DNA from: Selaginella moellendorffii
Taxonomy: Eukaryota; Plantae; Lycopodiophyta
DNA: 64,000 nucleotides
Assembly (NCBI RefSeq): GCF_000143415.4
Contig: NW_003314438.1
Coordinates: 1-64,000, forward strand
Direction: 5' to 3'
Positions 26,031-38,945 of the stretch are shown here, piece by piece (the first letter of the stretch is position 1; each line of letters starts with the position of its first letter). A program made the position numbers and the translations under genes. The notes under the pieces were generated by a model. It made no database searches. It was given only the letters and a program-made list of their open reading frames with translations, and was not told the origin of the DNA.

Positions 26031-26613
26031 ACAATATTGGACAAAAGAACTCTTTTAAAAGACGATCCATTAATGTTAAATATAAAGGGAAAGGGCCTAT
26101 GAACAAGAGTGCACCTCTTTTTCCAATTACTTAAGGATTTTGGGATATTTGGAGTTAAGTGTCCTTGGGTTTGAATAGTACTAGACTGGGTGGCCTCCCG
26201 ATAAGTCCAAATTCAGGAGCTTACATTTAGTATCGAAGTGGGTCTCGAGTCCAACTCTATTAGTTGGCTTAAAAGAATCACACCATATGTTGAGACTGAC
26301 ATTTAATAAGTCCAATTTGCCTCCAATTGGGCTTGACTCAAGGGGTAGGGTGTCAAGAGAGTTGCGGCTTTTAACTTTCGTTCACGAGGGCATGAACTTG
26401 CAGAAAAGTGTGATGGATTGTAAGCAACCAAAGAGAACAACTTAAGTGACGATCCATTGAAGTTTAAATATAGAAGGAAAAGGCCCATGAAAAAAAATGC
26501 ACCTCCTTTTTCAATGAGTTAAGGGTCTTGGAATATTTGGGGTTAACTGTCCTTGGGTCTGAATAGTACTGTGCTAGGTGACCTCTTGGGAAGTCCAAAT
26601 TCAAAAGCTTACA
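26031..26613 (+). mobile_element. Cassandra-like TRIM: two ~195-bp LTRs, each with a 5S rRNA-derived core
   Basis: Direct repeats offset by 388 bp; the second is TGTAAGC(26419)...GCTTACA(26613). Cores at 26151-26208 and 26539-26596 resemble the 5S A/C-box region (AGTTAAG.GT.CTTGGG...GA.TAGTACTAG..TGGGTG.CCTCC.G..AAGTCC). Degenerate tRNA-Met PBS TTTAGTATCGAAG after 26225. Left boundary approximate. Confidence 0.78.
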
Positions 26614-27049
26614 CAATTAAATAAAAATGAGAATGTAAAAAAAGAGAAGAGAAAAGAGAAGAATGATGAGAATAGATATAGAAGAGAACTCAACCTCAAA
26701 CCTTAAAAGCGTGAGTAAGGATAAACATATGTCATTCTCTCAATTCTACTTTCAACAAATAGTCATAGATAGAAGAAAAATTGGTTAATTCAATGCAAAT
26801 GTATACAACAGTGAGTGGGGGTTGTTTTCCAGCACGTCTAAATGCTACTTATATACTACATGATTTTATAACTATTTCTAACTGTTTCGCACTTGTTTAT
26901 AACGAGCGCTGTCTAGGTCGGGTCTTTCTTCTTTGAATGCTTAAACTTAAGCATAACTCCATTTCATCTAAACTTTCTTTTTTTACTCCGCTTGGGATGA
27001 TATGTAAGATAAAATATTTACCTCTTCATCACTCCTTAAGTAGTTCAAT

Positions 27050-28700
27050 ATTGGATTAATTTTGAATTTATTAAGAAAAAGTGTGGCATGAGCTTGCCCA
27101 TGTTGTGAATGAAAGTTAGTGGTGTTAAGTATTGTAAATCTCTATCAATAGAGTGTGGCATTTATGTTGCATTTTATTAATTGAGTTGGCACTTAGTACT
27201 TACATAAATCTTTGTAGTAATAACATGGGTGTTACTTATGATGTCACTCAATTGATGATCAAGTAATTGTGATACTTATATTATATTCATGTGGTTGTGA
27301 GCAATATATTTTACAAAGTTACTTGGTCAAATGATAATCAACTCTAAAATGGTTGATAATGACTAGTCTAATTGCATGAAGTAGCATTGTAATAACCTTT
27401 GACTAGATTCTCAAGAGTGATTCATTTTATGCTTAGCTTAAGTTTATACCTTGGTTCCTTAAGAATTGCCTATTGAGTTTTGAGAAGGTTATAAGATCTT
27501 GAAGATGATTAAAGAAGAGTATAAATGCAATATGGATATTTGAAGATGTGGTCTTTATGATCAAGTTTTGGCTTGTCTTTATTGGATACTAGTTATATGA
27601 GCATGATGTTTGATGCTTAAGCATATTGTTAGATCATGAAAATTTATGTTAAAATGAACTGATGAGAATTTGTAAGTAGGAGGAAGTTGGTTGAGTCTTG
27701 AGAATTTGTATTTTTAAATTGAGAGTCATTTTTTCTCCAAAATGGAATTTTTCACAAATTTCTTAGACTTTTTCTAATGGTTGATTTATTGATCATTTTG
27801 CTTGAAAACCATTTTATTTTTATGAGCCATTGCAAACTAGTGAAGAAGTTAAAGTTGACTTTAATTACTTTAGACCTTAGTAAGTAGTTTGTATGATGCA
27901 CCCAAAAAGGATATTAACTTTTGAGGTTAAAGCAATTGAGTTGGATAGAGTCTAGTGTTAGAGTAAAAAAGTGGTTATTATGTTTTTCTAGAAAACTTAA
28001 ATGCTCTAGGAAATAACTTTGAGCATCTTTATCACTCATAATGCATTTTTTAGCAAAGGCATTAACATAGTGTATAAAGTCCCCACACTACTTTAACTGT
28101 TGCAACTCTATGTGAAGTCTGAAAAGATCATTTGGCATGTGTTCCTTATAGATACATGACTGCATTTTAGTTCAACTTCTAATTTATTCTTTTTCAATGC
28201 ACACTTGATGCCACTATATTTTGGAATGATTAGTGAGAAATGATTGCACACATGCAACTTTTTTATGATCATCTACATCTACTTCTATATAATAATTTTC
28301 CATAGTGTAGACCCATTCTACTAAAATCTGATAGTCTTACATACCTCTGAAATTTGGTGGTTTCAGGGGCTTGAACTTTGAAACTCGTGCAATCAAGGGT
28401 GATGTAGAACTTCATTATCTTTAGAATTTGAAGAAGTTTAGTTGTCTTTGCTTCTTTTTTCCTTTTTTTATTCTCCTTTAGTTTATGAATTTACTTTCAC
28501 AAATTTTTAATATCAATATCTTGAGCTATATATTGTAGTGTAGCCTCTGGCCCAATATTTTCCTCTTTTAACTAATCCTCAACCTCTTTTGCAACATCTC
28601 TAACAAAACTTTCTTCCTTTTTTTTGCTTATCTAGAAGTTTCAGTGTCATTAGCACAATTCCATTCTCCCATCCCACTAGCTACATGCATATCATCTATC
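27050..28700 (-). mobile_element. Decayed L1-type LINE (endonuclease to start of RT)
   Basis: Minus-strand CGDF(I) at ~28085, RL(D) remnant at ~27950, FKQN at ~27805, RFTILNT (WRPITLLN-like) at ~27130. Homologous to 57390-58358 and 61749-61870. Confidence 0.6.
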
Positions 28701-29291
28701 AGTAAACAAATATGTATACAACAAGTTTAAGAAATGGTGCAATTTAATTAATCCTATACAGGTCATTTTAAATCTATTATAAAAGTCTTTGCATATGCAA
28801 TTAAAGTCAGTTAAAATTTGGATAAGAATCCCTAGGACAATTCCTCTAATACAAAATATAGCACACTTGAATTTGGAGCTGAACTTTAAGCTCGTTACTC
28901 TAAAAAACAAGGGTTCAATACACACTAAAAATCCCCTACAAACATCAACTTTCCATATCAAAAACGATGTCAAATGGTATCTAGCACAATTTTGATATAC
29001 TAATTGCCTAATGTGAGAAGATGGGTACCCCACCAACTAAAGTATCATGGGCTTAGGCCCAAGCCAAATGTAGAACAACAAGCAACATAACCTAATAATG
29101 TCTCAATTCGTCAATCATACTTTTAACCACTATCCCTATTGTATATTTAAAATTTAAAACCCTTTATAGCCCATGTTATTTAATAATTAACTTGCATTAG
29201 AGCTATTATTTTACTAAAAACTCATAATAATAATAATTTTATTTCTCTCACTCACTTAAGAAAACAAAAACATAAATAATTAAATTGAATA

Positions 29292-30188
29292 TTAATTTAA
29301 ACATTTAGGATGATTATTAGTATTTGTAGTCCACCAAACTTTATTTGGTATTGCTGCTTCATAGATTACTAAATTACAATCATTTTGAATAGTGAGAAAT
29401 GTAAAAAATAAACAATTTTTTTTTGAGAAACAATTTGTATTTGTAGACCAAATAACTTTCTTAGATTTGGTATATATCACAAGATTACCATCATTTTGAA
29501 GTTTAAGATAACACATATAAAGGCTTTCCAAAAATGGTTTTGAACTCCATAATAACTGCTTTCCAGAATATAATCCAATAACACAATTTGATTGTAAAAG
29601 AAGAATATTTTTACCATTTGGAGATGTTAGAAATTCACCAGAAAATAAAATATTATTTAAAAATCCAGCACTTAAAGTTGATGTGGCAATATGACAATAT
29701 TTGTTGTATGGGATTTGAGTTTGTAAGACATTACTATAAAGAGTTAATATATCTGTATTGTTCCACCAGTAAAATACATTATATGTAAGTTCATAATGTT
29801 TACTTGTTATTCTAGCATAATTAGAACGTCTATGTTGAATTTCACTTTTCTATTTATTCAATAGATATAATAAACCATTTTTTAATGCAAGACCATTAAT
29901 TCTAGTGTTTGTATCTCGACCTATAGAACAATAAGGAGGATTACCATCCATGCGATGAACACTTACAAGTGCTGATCCTCTTCCAAAATCTATAGCTATA
30001 GCATCATTATAATTTTGGAAATAACTACGAGATGTATTTATATTTTTAGTTAAAGAATCAAAACCATATTCAAAAACTTTATTCATTTCTCTTTTAGATA
30101 ATGTGTTATTGTTACCCCATGCTCTCTCAGCATCTGCATTTGAGTGTAGAAGAAAATAGAGCAATAATAATAATAGTTTTAAAATCAT
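29292..30188 (-). pseudogene. Secreted protein with an unknown N-terminal domain and a C-terminal bulb-type (GNA) mannose-binding lectin domain; single in-frame TAG at 29850-29852
   Basis: Signal peptide MILKLLLLLLYFLLHSNADA. The two ORF-track pieces share a frame and the intervening 106 codons are open. Lectin motifs LFSGEFLTSPNGK, LQNDGNLVIY, IQNDCNLVIY, WSTNT. Confidence 0.85.
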
Positions 30189-30899
30189 TTAATAAAATTA
30201 AAATTTAAAATATAAACACACTTGATAGACTTTAAATATAATTAAGGATTAATTTTAAAATAACTTTGAACTAAAATTTTACTATAAATAAAATTTTAAA
30301 AGATGTAATTTCTCTTTAAATATAACAAATAAGTTACACATACTTTTGACCTTTATAGATATATTTTATAATATACCTTAATAAATAAAAAGTTAAATTA
30401 TATACTATTAAATAGTAATACTGAAATATAAAAAGTGTTAAGAAAGTTACTTTTGTTTTAGTGTAATAAATAATACTAAAAACTTTAGAAAAAATATACT
30501 CTTTATTAACTTTTTATTCTAAGTGTAATATAACTATTTATATTTAAATTTTTAATTTTTTTTTAGTTTTATTATCCTACACATATATTATACATTACTG
30601 CCAACTAGTGACTTAAGAGAAATCATTAATTCAATATTCCTAGATTAGAATTTTAATATGGCTAATTTTAATCTAGGGCTATGGGTGGGGTTTCATATGT
30701 CCCCCCCAAAATTTATCCTAGTGCCTGACATCCGTAGAACAAATTAAAAACTAATAAAATAATTTCATTTTTAAAATGGTAATTATTATTTATAAAAGTA
30801 GCTGAGTTGGCAAAAAAAACATTAATGATCTGGCATTTTAAAGGGGGTTTTAAGTTTTAGGGGGGGGCATGGGGGATAGGTGCAGGACGGACCCGCCTT

Positions 30900-33728
30900 A
30901 TGTAATGCAGACTCCTAGGATTGCTCAAAAGGACCCCAAGTTTCTAGTGCATCCCTGCCTTGATCCTGGATTCCCTTCTCATTGCCAAGGTCTTTGGAGA
31001 CCTATGATGATAGTCTAGTGATCCAGCCCAGCTTCCATAAATACAAAGCTAGTGTCACTTCAATCCCCCATGTTGTGCATACCAAAGGATCAAAGTGTTC
31101 TAGAACACCATACTATGGTGAAAATGCTATTTTTCTATGTTTGTTCTTACTATGTTATAATGATCTTTGCAGGATAATAGAGGCAAACTAGCAATCTCTT
31201 GGTTATAACTTTTGATATGACCTAGCCATTTGCAATGAGAATTCATGTCATTGAAGTTGAGAGCAATGCTGTGGTGATCAAAATCATGGATGTGTAGCTT
31301 TGGAGGAATTCTTTGACCTGCTAAAGTATAAATTACAATAGCTTTTTCAGTTTGGAAGCTTCAATCTAATCATATTTCAGTATTAGTAGCCAGATAATAA
31401 AAAGAATAGCAAAGTTCAACTCATGATCATTGGTAATATGGTGATTTCTTTATGCTCTTCTCACTTGTTCTCAACAACACCTAGATCAACTACATTGCCA
31501 CTTTGCAAAGAATTCTGATGCATCATTTCTATCTTCAAATCTGTAAAAGGATTATACTCAAGCAAAGGTGCATTGTTGCTAGATTGGATTGCTCATTTGA
31601 AGTGTCTTTAAACTGGCTAGACTTGCATTATAAGCTTGAGAATAGATGAGTAAAGTTCAAGGAGCCCTAATTCGGTTTGGAGATGCAATATGCAATTCAT
31701 TTAAGTCAAGTGACTGCTAATTAGACAAATTGCTGGAAATCCCTTATGAAGTTTTCTCCAGTATAACACTCTAGAACTTACAAGCAATCCAAGATGTTTG
31801 TCTCATGTATGGGAGCAATAAATCAAGCCCAATGATGCCAGTGTAATTGATATCATCTTCTCAGAGTTTTGCTAATTATGGCAGTAAACAAAAACCACAT
31901 TTGAGAAATATTCCACTATAAGAATATTCAAGGGTGGAGGGATATTCTAGGGTATATTTCCCTCACTTGTTAGGGTTTATTGAGTTTAAATATGTTTCAC
32001 TCCAAACATCTAGCAAGTTCCATTGAGAAGGATTGTTTCTAGCCAATCCTTCTCAATAATTTCTTACTTCTTCAGGCTTGGAGTGATTTTTGGAGGAATT
32101 TATATAAATCCTTACTTTTTAGCAATGTAGCATGTGGTAAAGAAGTCTCTAGGATGTCAAGCTGTATTATAAAGGATTCCAAATATACATTGGTTGGAAG
32201 CATGGTTGACTATATGAAACATTAGTTTCATCTTTTAAGCTATATTGGTCCTTATTTTGCATCTAACTCCATACTTTATTGGTTGATGGAGCACTTTTAT
32301 CCTCACATTAGGCTACCAATATGCTTAAATTTCATTTGGCTCTATTTTATATAGTTTCTATTCCCAGATATTCTAGATGTATTCACTATATCTCTCTTAC
32401 TTTTACAATTGGAATGCAATAGGCTTGAAATCCCAGCTATAGACAATTATTGTTTACAGAGTGTCTTAAGAGGCCTTGAAGAGGTTATCTAGACTTTTAT
32501 GTTGGAGCAGTGGAAAGCAATAAACCTACAAAAGAATAGTTTTTTTTGGAAATATCAATCATATCCCAATTGTATAAACACTTGATTGTGATCCTGGAAC
32601 ACCTCTGTAAGCTTAAGACTTGGAGCTTATTAAATTCTTGTGTACATTAGCTCTACTCAAAGCCAACCAAGGGTAACGATGACTAAACTGTTCTAAAACC
32701 TTGTCAGCATGTGAAAGGTAAATTCTATGGTAAGGGCTACTTTTTTAGATCCTTTGAGTTTCATATAAGTTGAGAATTTTAAGGTTGCAACAAACTTTAT
32801 AGATTGCTCTTGCAAAGCCCCCAAAACATGAGTGATCTTAGCTGTCAGCCAAAATCTATGATCATCATCAAGAGTTGTGACTCTAACCCTATGCAGTGGC
32901 ATGACATGCCATGTGGACTTCTCATGAAGAGAAGTGCATATATCTCCAACACTCTCTCACTCAATCTGATAAAAAAGCATACTGGAAATCACTTCCTCAT
33001 CCCATCCAAGCTTGGGTCAAGTGACACCTCACAACGGCCTCTCTCTGATCACACCAAACAAGCTGTGATCTACACCTAAAGAATAGGAAAGAATATACCT
33101 AAAAAGATAATCATGCTGCCCTAAAATACTAGCACCTAGATTCTAGAACACCATTCTAGACAATATGATTAATCATGTTTTACATTTACTCAAACTTATG
33201 ATCATAATTAGGATGGAATTCAAATTGGAGAGATGGCATTTAGTATAGTTAAATCTACACTGAACTTGGATGGAACAATATCCAAAGACTTCTTTCCAAT
33301 GTAAATAATATAAATGTGAAAGCACAGAATCTTGGAGCTAGAGAATAAAAGTGGGAAGGCAAGTTTAGGCTTAACCTCACCCCACCCTTTCTACATCTAA
33401 TAATGTTTCTTGGAGTGTGACTTGAGTTGTGCATTTTTTCTGTGTGGTTTGGACTGGATTGTGCTTGTGTCCAAGATTCTCTTGTTTCAATAGGAATTGT
33501 GTTTCTTAATAGTGTAGTGTCCAAGTACTTTGGATTGAGTGTGTTTGGAGATCCCATATTGGCATGCTACAAGGCTAAGTCATGTCTGCATGAAAACAAT
33601 CTCTAATTTTTGTTTTAATCTCAAGATCCTCAACTGTCATGAATATGATTGTGTGTATCAAAAGTTATTTGTCAATGAGTTCTTTCGGATATTCTTTCCT
33701 GATTGCTATGACGGTAGTAAGTCAATAT
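30900..33728 (-). mobile_element. Decayed L1-type LINE (ORF1-EN-RT), split by the Sola1-like insertion; probably continues at 46712-~46980
   Basis: Minus-strand LGALQEQSIK (EN, ~32810), ANVH (~32645), GSRQGC (RT, ~30955), PRFC in ORF1 (~33330). Confidence 0.6.
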
Positions 33729-33752
33729 AAGCTCTATTTCGTTAAAGTGGGA
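33729..33752 (+). repeat. Left TIR (24 bp)
   Basis: Exact reverse complement of 46684-46707. Confidence 0.95.
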
Positions 33753-34417
33753 TTTATTCAGTAAAATGGGACTAGGTACAAATTTTCAAGTATTTGAAAA
33801 TGACGTGAAATTATATGTTTTTTGTCCAGGGGCTAGACATATCTGGGGCATGGTGACTAGCGCGGTGACTTTGTGTCCAGACTAAGTCCATCTGGTTGTA
33901 TAATAAATCTCATTGTCAAGGTGAACAAGCCGAATCTAAAGCTAAAGAAGAGCGATGGCATGCGCGCACACACTATTTGTTTGTTCATTGAGCGTGTGGT
34001 GAGCTTTCCAAGATGAACGTCATTCCTATTAGCCAGACATATAACTTAATGGTGAGAACATTTAGATATTATTCAATGTTATCTTTTCCTAACGAATCTA
34101 ATTGTGAAGGTGTAGCAAGAGGCATTGCTAGTCTGGAGAAGTCATTTAACTCATTTGACCCTTAGTGTATTTTCATGAAACTAAATAACATTCATATTAT
34201 TAAGGAATTTCTCTAGTACCTTTTTTTTACGACATAGAGGCTTGCATTTCTTTCAAAGGTGATTTAGTAAAAGGCCTGAGGACACATGCCATTCTATTTC
34301 TCAGACCAGTATTAAGATATACTAGTGCAAAGGGCCACATGCCATCACGCCTCCTCTGATTCAGATTCGGATTGTTCACCTTGAAATAAAATACATTAGA
34401 AACTTAGTAAAGGAATA

Positions 34418-37400
34418 TTAAATCTCACCTTGAACCCGGGTTATGAATGCTCTTGCTGCATCTCTTGCATGGTCTGGCAAGGTGATGGTGGCACTCTGCT
34501 TCCGCATCCAACCATGCACAACATTATCCACCGATATGCTCATGCTGGGATCCCTTGGATTCAGCACCCATCTCTTTTCTAGGCAATCCTTCGTATATCC
34601 GGAACTTGGCTTGAACCACTCCACAGTTACATTGAAGGAGTTAGTTTCCACGTCCTCCTCTGCATCAGTGATGCAGCGCCCCACCCATATCATTTGTTTT
34701 TTATTACTGGGTCTGACAAGCACGACCATTCCTTTGCAGACTTGTACTGGATTGAATGCTGAATCCGGCTTCTTGTTCCTCGGCCCACAATAGTGATCCT
34801 CAACATCGTTATCTGTCACTGCATTTCCAGAGGACATTGTTCCGCTACTATCTGGTGCTCTGGGTTCTGGCCAAAAGGACTCTTCCAATTCTTCATATAC
34901 AACCGGCCCATTTTGGATAGCAGATATAATCTTCTCCCAGTATTCGAGCAAAGGCTTGCACCTCTTAAAATAGGATTCTCCACCAAACACCAACCCCCTC
35001 TTCCAGAAGGCAATATGCTGTCTAATCCCGGCCACTATACTTTCCTGGTCTTTGAGTCCATCCGGGTGCATCGGCCGTGGGGAACCCTGAGGAATCATAG
35101 GTTCCCCAGTTATGGGATCTCTCTTGAAGAGTTCAATGCCGTCCACTGGCAGCCACACTGTGTCCCATTCTCTCATCTTGTACCTCATCACTGGAGCACC
35201 GTCACGCATGCTGAAATGAAACTGAAGAGGCTTGGAGTGGCCAATCAGCGTTTCGGATCCGTCCCTGATGTAGCCTCTTACAAACCCCTTAAAGTCTGGA
35301 ACCTCTGTCACAAGTGCAGCTTCAACAGTGCCTTTGATGCAATTTTGGAATTCATCGTAGAGTTGTGGGAGGGTGAGGACATTGGATCGCCGGAGGGACT
35401 CTGCCAGGTGACTGAACATGGCATCGACGTCTTCATGAGTGTGCCCAACCATGAGAAAGCCAAGTGTAACCGTTTCAAATATGCCTTTGGCAACAAGCAT
35501 CGCCAAGTACGCGAAGACGTACATGTTTTTGTTCTCACTGCCAGCATTGTCTGTTTGGAGCAGAAGATGGGGTGGAAGGCCACATCGGCCGCAAGAACTT
35601 CCTTGAGATTCTGCTTCGTTTGGATGAGGCTGTGCATTCACCGGGCGACCAGCCTCGTCGGAATGGCATGAGGCCTCACGTGATAACCCTACAATCTGAC
35701 GGCCAACATATTCACTGGGATGGCATGGGGCCCCACGCGATACTGCAAGCCTTTGCTCCTCCTCCAGCTAAACCCTGTATGGGGTTCGATCGACAAGGGC
35801 CTTATGCAAGGGTTGGCCGTTCAGCTCAGTCTGCGCACTTTGCAGAGACCTTAAGTGTTTTGCTAGGGACGCAATCATCATGTTTGCACCCCCGCCACCC
35901 CATAGAGGTACAAAGAAGTTCCTATAGTTCTGGGCACCATGCCCATGAGCGATTATGCCAAACAGAGACACAGGCAGCTGCATGGATGAAGAGATTGCCT
36001 TGGGGGCAGGATTGAGTCGAGGTAAGCACGTCTTTTTCTGGTCCATTTTGTCGTGGATGATGCAGAGGTAAGAGTCAGGTCTCTCCATGGAGAGAATCCT
36101 GTTATGATAATATGCAGTCCTGCAGCTTCTCTGCTCGATGTTGTGGTCGAGCCGCCTTCTAACCAACGTCTCTCGCTCTTGAGCGCTGCAAGAATTCTTC
36201 GACAAAGCCATTTTGATAGCAGTGCACTCGTCACACTTTGAAAAGCTGGAGTACTTTCCTATACTCACATCCCTGAACCTGTTGCTCCACAATCTACTAA
36301 ATCTAGATTGGCTCAGCTTCCTGTAGCCATTACTCTGGAGTTCCCGATTCACATCTTCCAATATGGCCCCCTTGGTATACATGGAAGGGAGAACTCGTTG
36401 GGTGTCTCGTGTTCCATCTTCCAAGAGGTGGGTTTTATGTGGTTGCTGCTCGCTACATGTCTCGACAAACCTCTTGAAGATTGCCTCTCCATATACAACA
36501 TGACCCCTAGTTTTGTGCGTACCGTCGTTCCCATGGACTGCCTGTTGAACCCTTTGTTCCTCGAACTCAGTTTTGATTCTGTAGAATGTGGTTCGAGGGA
36601 CTCCATAAATGATTCTCCATGCCTTCATGTAGACCAAACCCCTCTGGAAGACCATGCCCCCCACCTGATGTTCTGAAGCATCAACAGATGACCGTAATGC
36701 CTCATACACAAAATTGCGAGCTGCCTTCCAGGACAATGTCTTGTATCTTGCTCTCTCCTCTTCAATAGCATCCCAATCAGCATGTTGACAGCACCTCCTC
36801 TTGCAACAAGCAACTGTCGAGACCATTCGAACCTCCATCGCCATTTTCTGCCTTTTCGGTTCGTTGCTCAGATCCCTTTGGCTGCGCTGTAGGAAGGTGT
36901 ACTTTCTTTTCCCATGAAGAGATGTTCTGTCATCAGTTGTAGTGGTGTTTGATTGTGAATCCTTCACATTCTCAAACACTAAATGCCTCAATTTCCACCG
37001 CACAATGCTTCCAATAGTCAGACTGTTTTCTTCTGTGTCAACAACCTCTAAAATTGCAACTCCAATATCATCCCAGCCCAATTCTTGATTAGCAACCGCA
37101 TCTCTTGGATCGACAACTGTGGCTAAGCCCTCAGCTACCACCTCCCCCTCGGGGTTGTTTAGAAACACCTTTGCCTGAATCCATGTAGCACGGTTCTTAA
37201 GATCCACAAAGGGAACATGCGTCGCACTTGTGCTGTCCCCAACATCTGCTTTCTTCTGCAGATTTTTCAAGGCAACAACAACATTTACCCCGACGACCAT
37301 CTCTCCTCGTTCAATAGCGACCATATTCCCATCGAAGACAGTCTCTACTGATACAGCAGCATTGCCTTCCCCAAGCCTTTGACAGTGTATAACAAAGTTC

Positions 37401-37483
37401 CGATCCATAGACACAAGGGTCCCTTTTGCAACTCTCTTCCCACCATTCAAAATGTAAACCTTTTCCCCAACCCTGAAGGCCAT
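34418..37483 (-). pseudogene. Transposase (DUF7869/Sola1-like DDD), ~1021 aa, with one in-frame TAG at 35768-35770
   Basis: The 571-aa and 407-aa ORFs share a frame and the 42 codons between them are open. Motifs CDEC, IIHDKMDQKKT, LLLQTDNAGSENKN, FLMVGHTHEDVDAMFS. Probable 5' UTR intron at ~37485-37553. Confidence 0.88.
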
Positions 37484-37662
37484 TCTGAAAGTGCAGAAAA
37501 GAAGTTAAGACCATACAAAAAATGATTGGAGAATGGCCTAAATCATAACATACCAAATAGCATGAGGCCACATGCCATTATTCAAACATGCTATTGACAC
37601 CCACGTGAAATTTTGCATTCACAAAATTGGCATGAGCCCTCATGCCATTAGTGGTACCACTA

Positions 37663-37854
37663 ATGGCATGAGGCCTCACGCTATCTTTGGCCCCTGGTAA
37701 CCTGTTGCTATATTCCTTTTGCCTTGTTGCAACTGTATATATTTTTGTGTGCGTGACTAGTCACCCATACAAAAATATATACAGTTGCAGCAAGGCAAAA
37801 GGAATATGGCAATAGGCTAGTAGGGGCCAAAGATGGCATGAGGCCTCATGCCAT
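37663..37854. repeat. 192-bp near-perfect palindrome upstream of the transposase
   Basis: Centre GTGACTAGTCAC at 37758/9. The arms pair with about 10 mismatches and each ends in the 22-bp motif. Confidence 0.92.
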
Positions 37855-38945
37855 CTTGATATACACACAGCTGCAGGCAAGTAAAAACATACATGACAAT
37901 ATGCTAGCCATGAAATTGCAAGGGCCCAAGATGGCATGTGGCCTCATGCCATTTCTAAATGTGGTCCTAAACCATTCCATGGTGAACATACCAAGAAGCA
38001 CAAGTGCCGAATATCAAGAGGAAGCGGTAGCCACACCAAAGACAGTGCCGCTCGCAACACCGCAACTGCTCGTAGCGCCGCTCGCACAAACTGCCACTCG
38101 CATAAACTGCCGCTCGCAATGGCGCTCGCAATGCCGCAACCGCTTGTAGACGCATAAACCACAGCTCACAACGCCGCTTACACAAGCAGCGCTCACTGCG
38201 CTCAGCGGAACCAAGAACACGGCGCACAAAAATGATAGACCTAGGAATGAGTTCGAGAATTCAAAAATAACACACGCTTGAACGTCACATCAAATCCTCT
38301 GACAAACCAGATCTTATGATTCCTCTGACAAATTTCAAACTGAGTAGCTTCTAGACTTTGCTGTCGGAGGTTGAACTTTGTCACATCATGTCCTTGCCTC
38401 GATCCAGCTGTGCCATGTCAGTGATTCGAACTTTGCCATGCCATGTCAGCGATCCGCGCCAAGATTATTCGCCGTGTAAAGGAATAATTATGCTGTGTGT
38501 GTACGTCCATTTATGGCAATATAAGGCCACATGCCATTCAAAGAATAATGCTAGTCGAGCATCTTTTGGTGCATTTTTGGGTTCAAAATTGCATGAGCCC
38601 ACACGCTATAAAGTTTACCTGTACCAAAAATAGAAACAGCTTTATTTACTTGGGAATTTATATGCCTGAGGCATTTTTAAACTTACAAACACATGCCCTA
38701 CTTACATTCCTTTGGTTGCTTAAAATTCAAAAATATTATAAACCTTTCTTTTTGCATTTTCAATGTTTTCAATTATGGTTTTTGATTTTCGCAGGACCAG
38801 CCTAGTAATCTATTTGCATCCCGTCATGTTTATAGCTAGCTTTCGTTTGTCCCCTTCGCTAGCCTGAGATACATCTGCTCGGCATCTGCCTCTTACAGCA
38901 TTTGCCCAGAAAGGGCATCTTTCTTCACGCAGCATTTGCCACATG

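Noticed and set aside
26151-26208. Functional 5S rRNA gene
   Set aside because: Only ~58 bp of diverged internal sequence, duplicated inside LTR-like repeats.
30676-30900. Possible small MITE with C-run/G-run ends
   Set aside because: The inverted match is short and no TSD was found.
32022-32057. Perfect 14-bp-arm hairpin ATTGAGAAGGATTG-N8-CAATCCTTCTCAAT
   Set aside because: A single occurrence inside a decayed LINE; most likely a template-switch or chance event.
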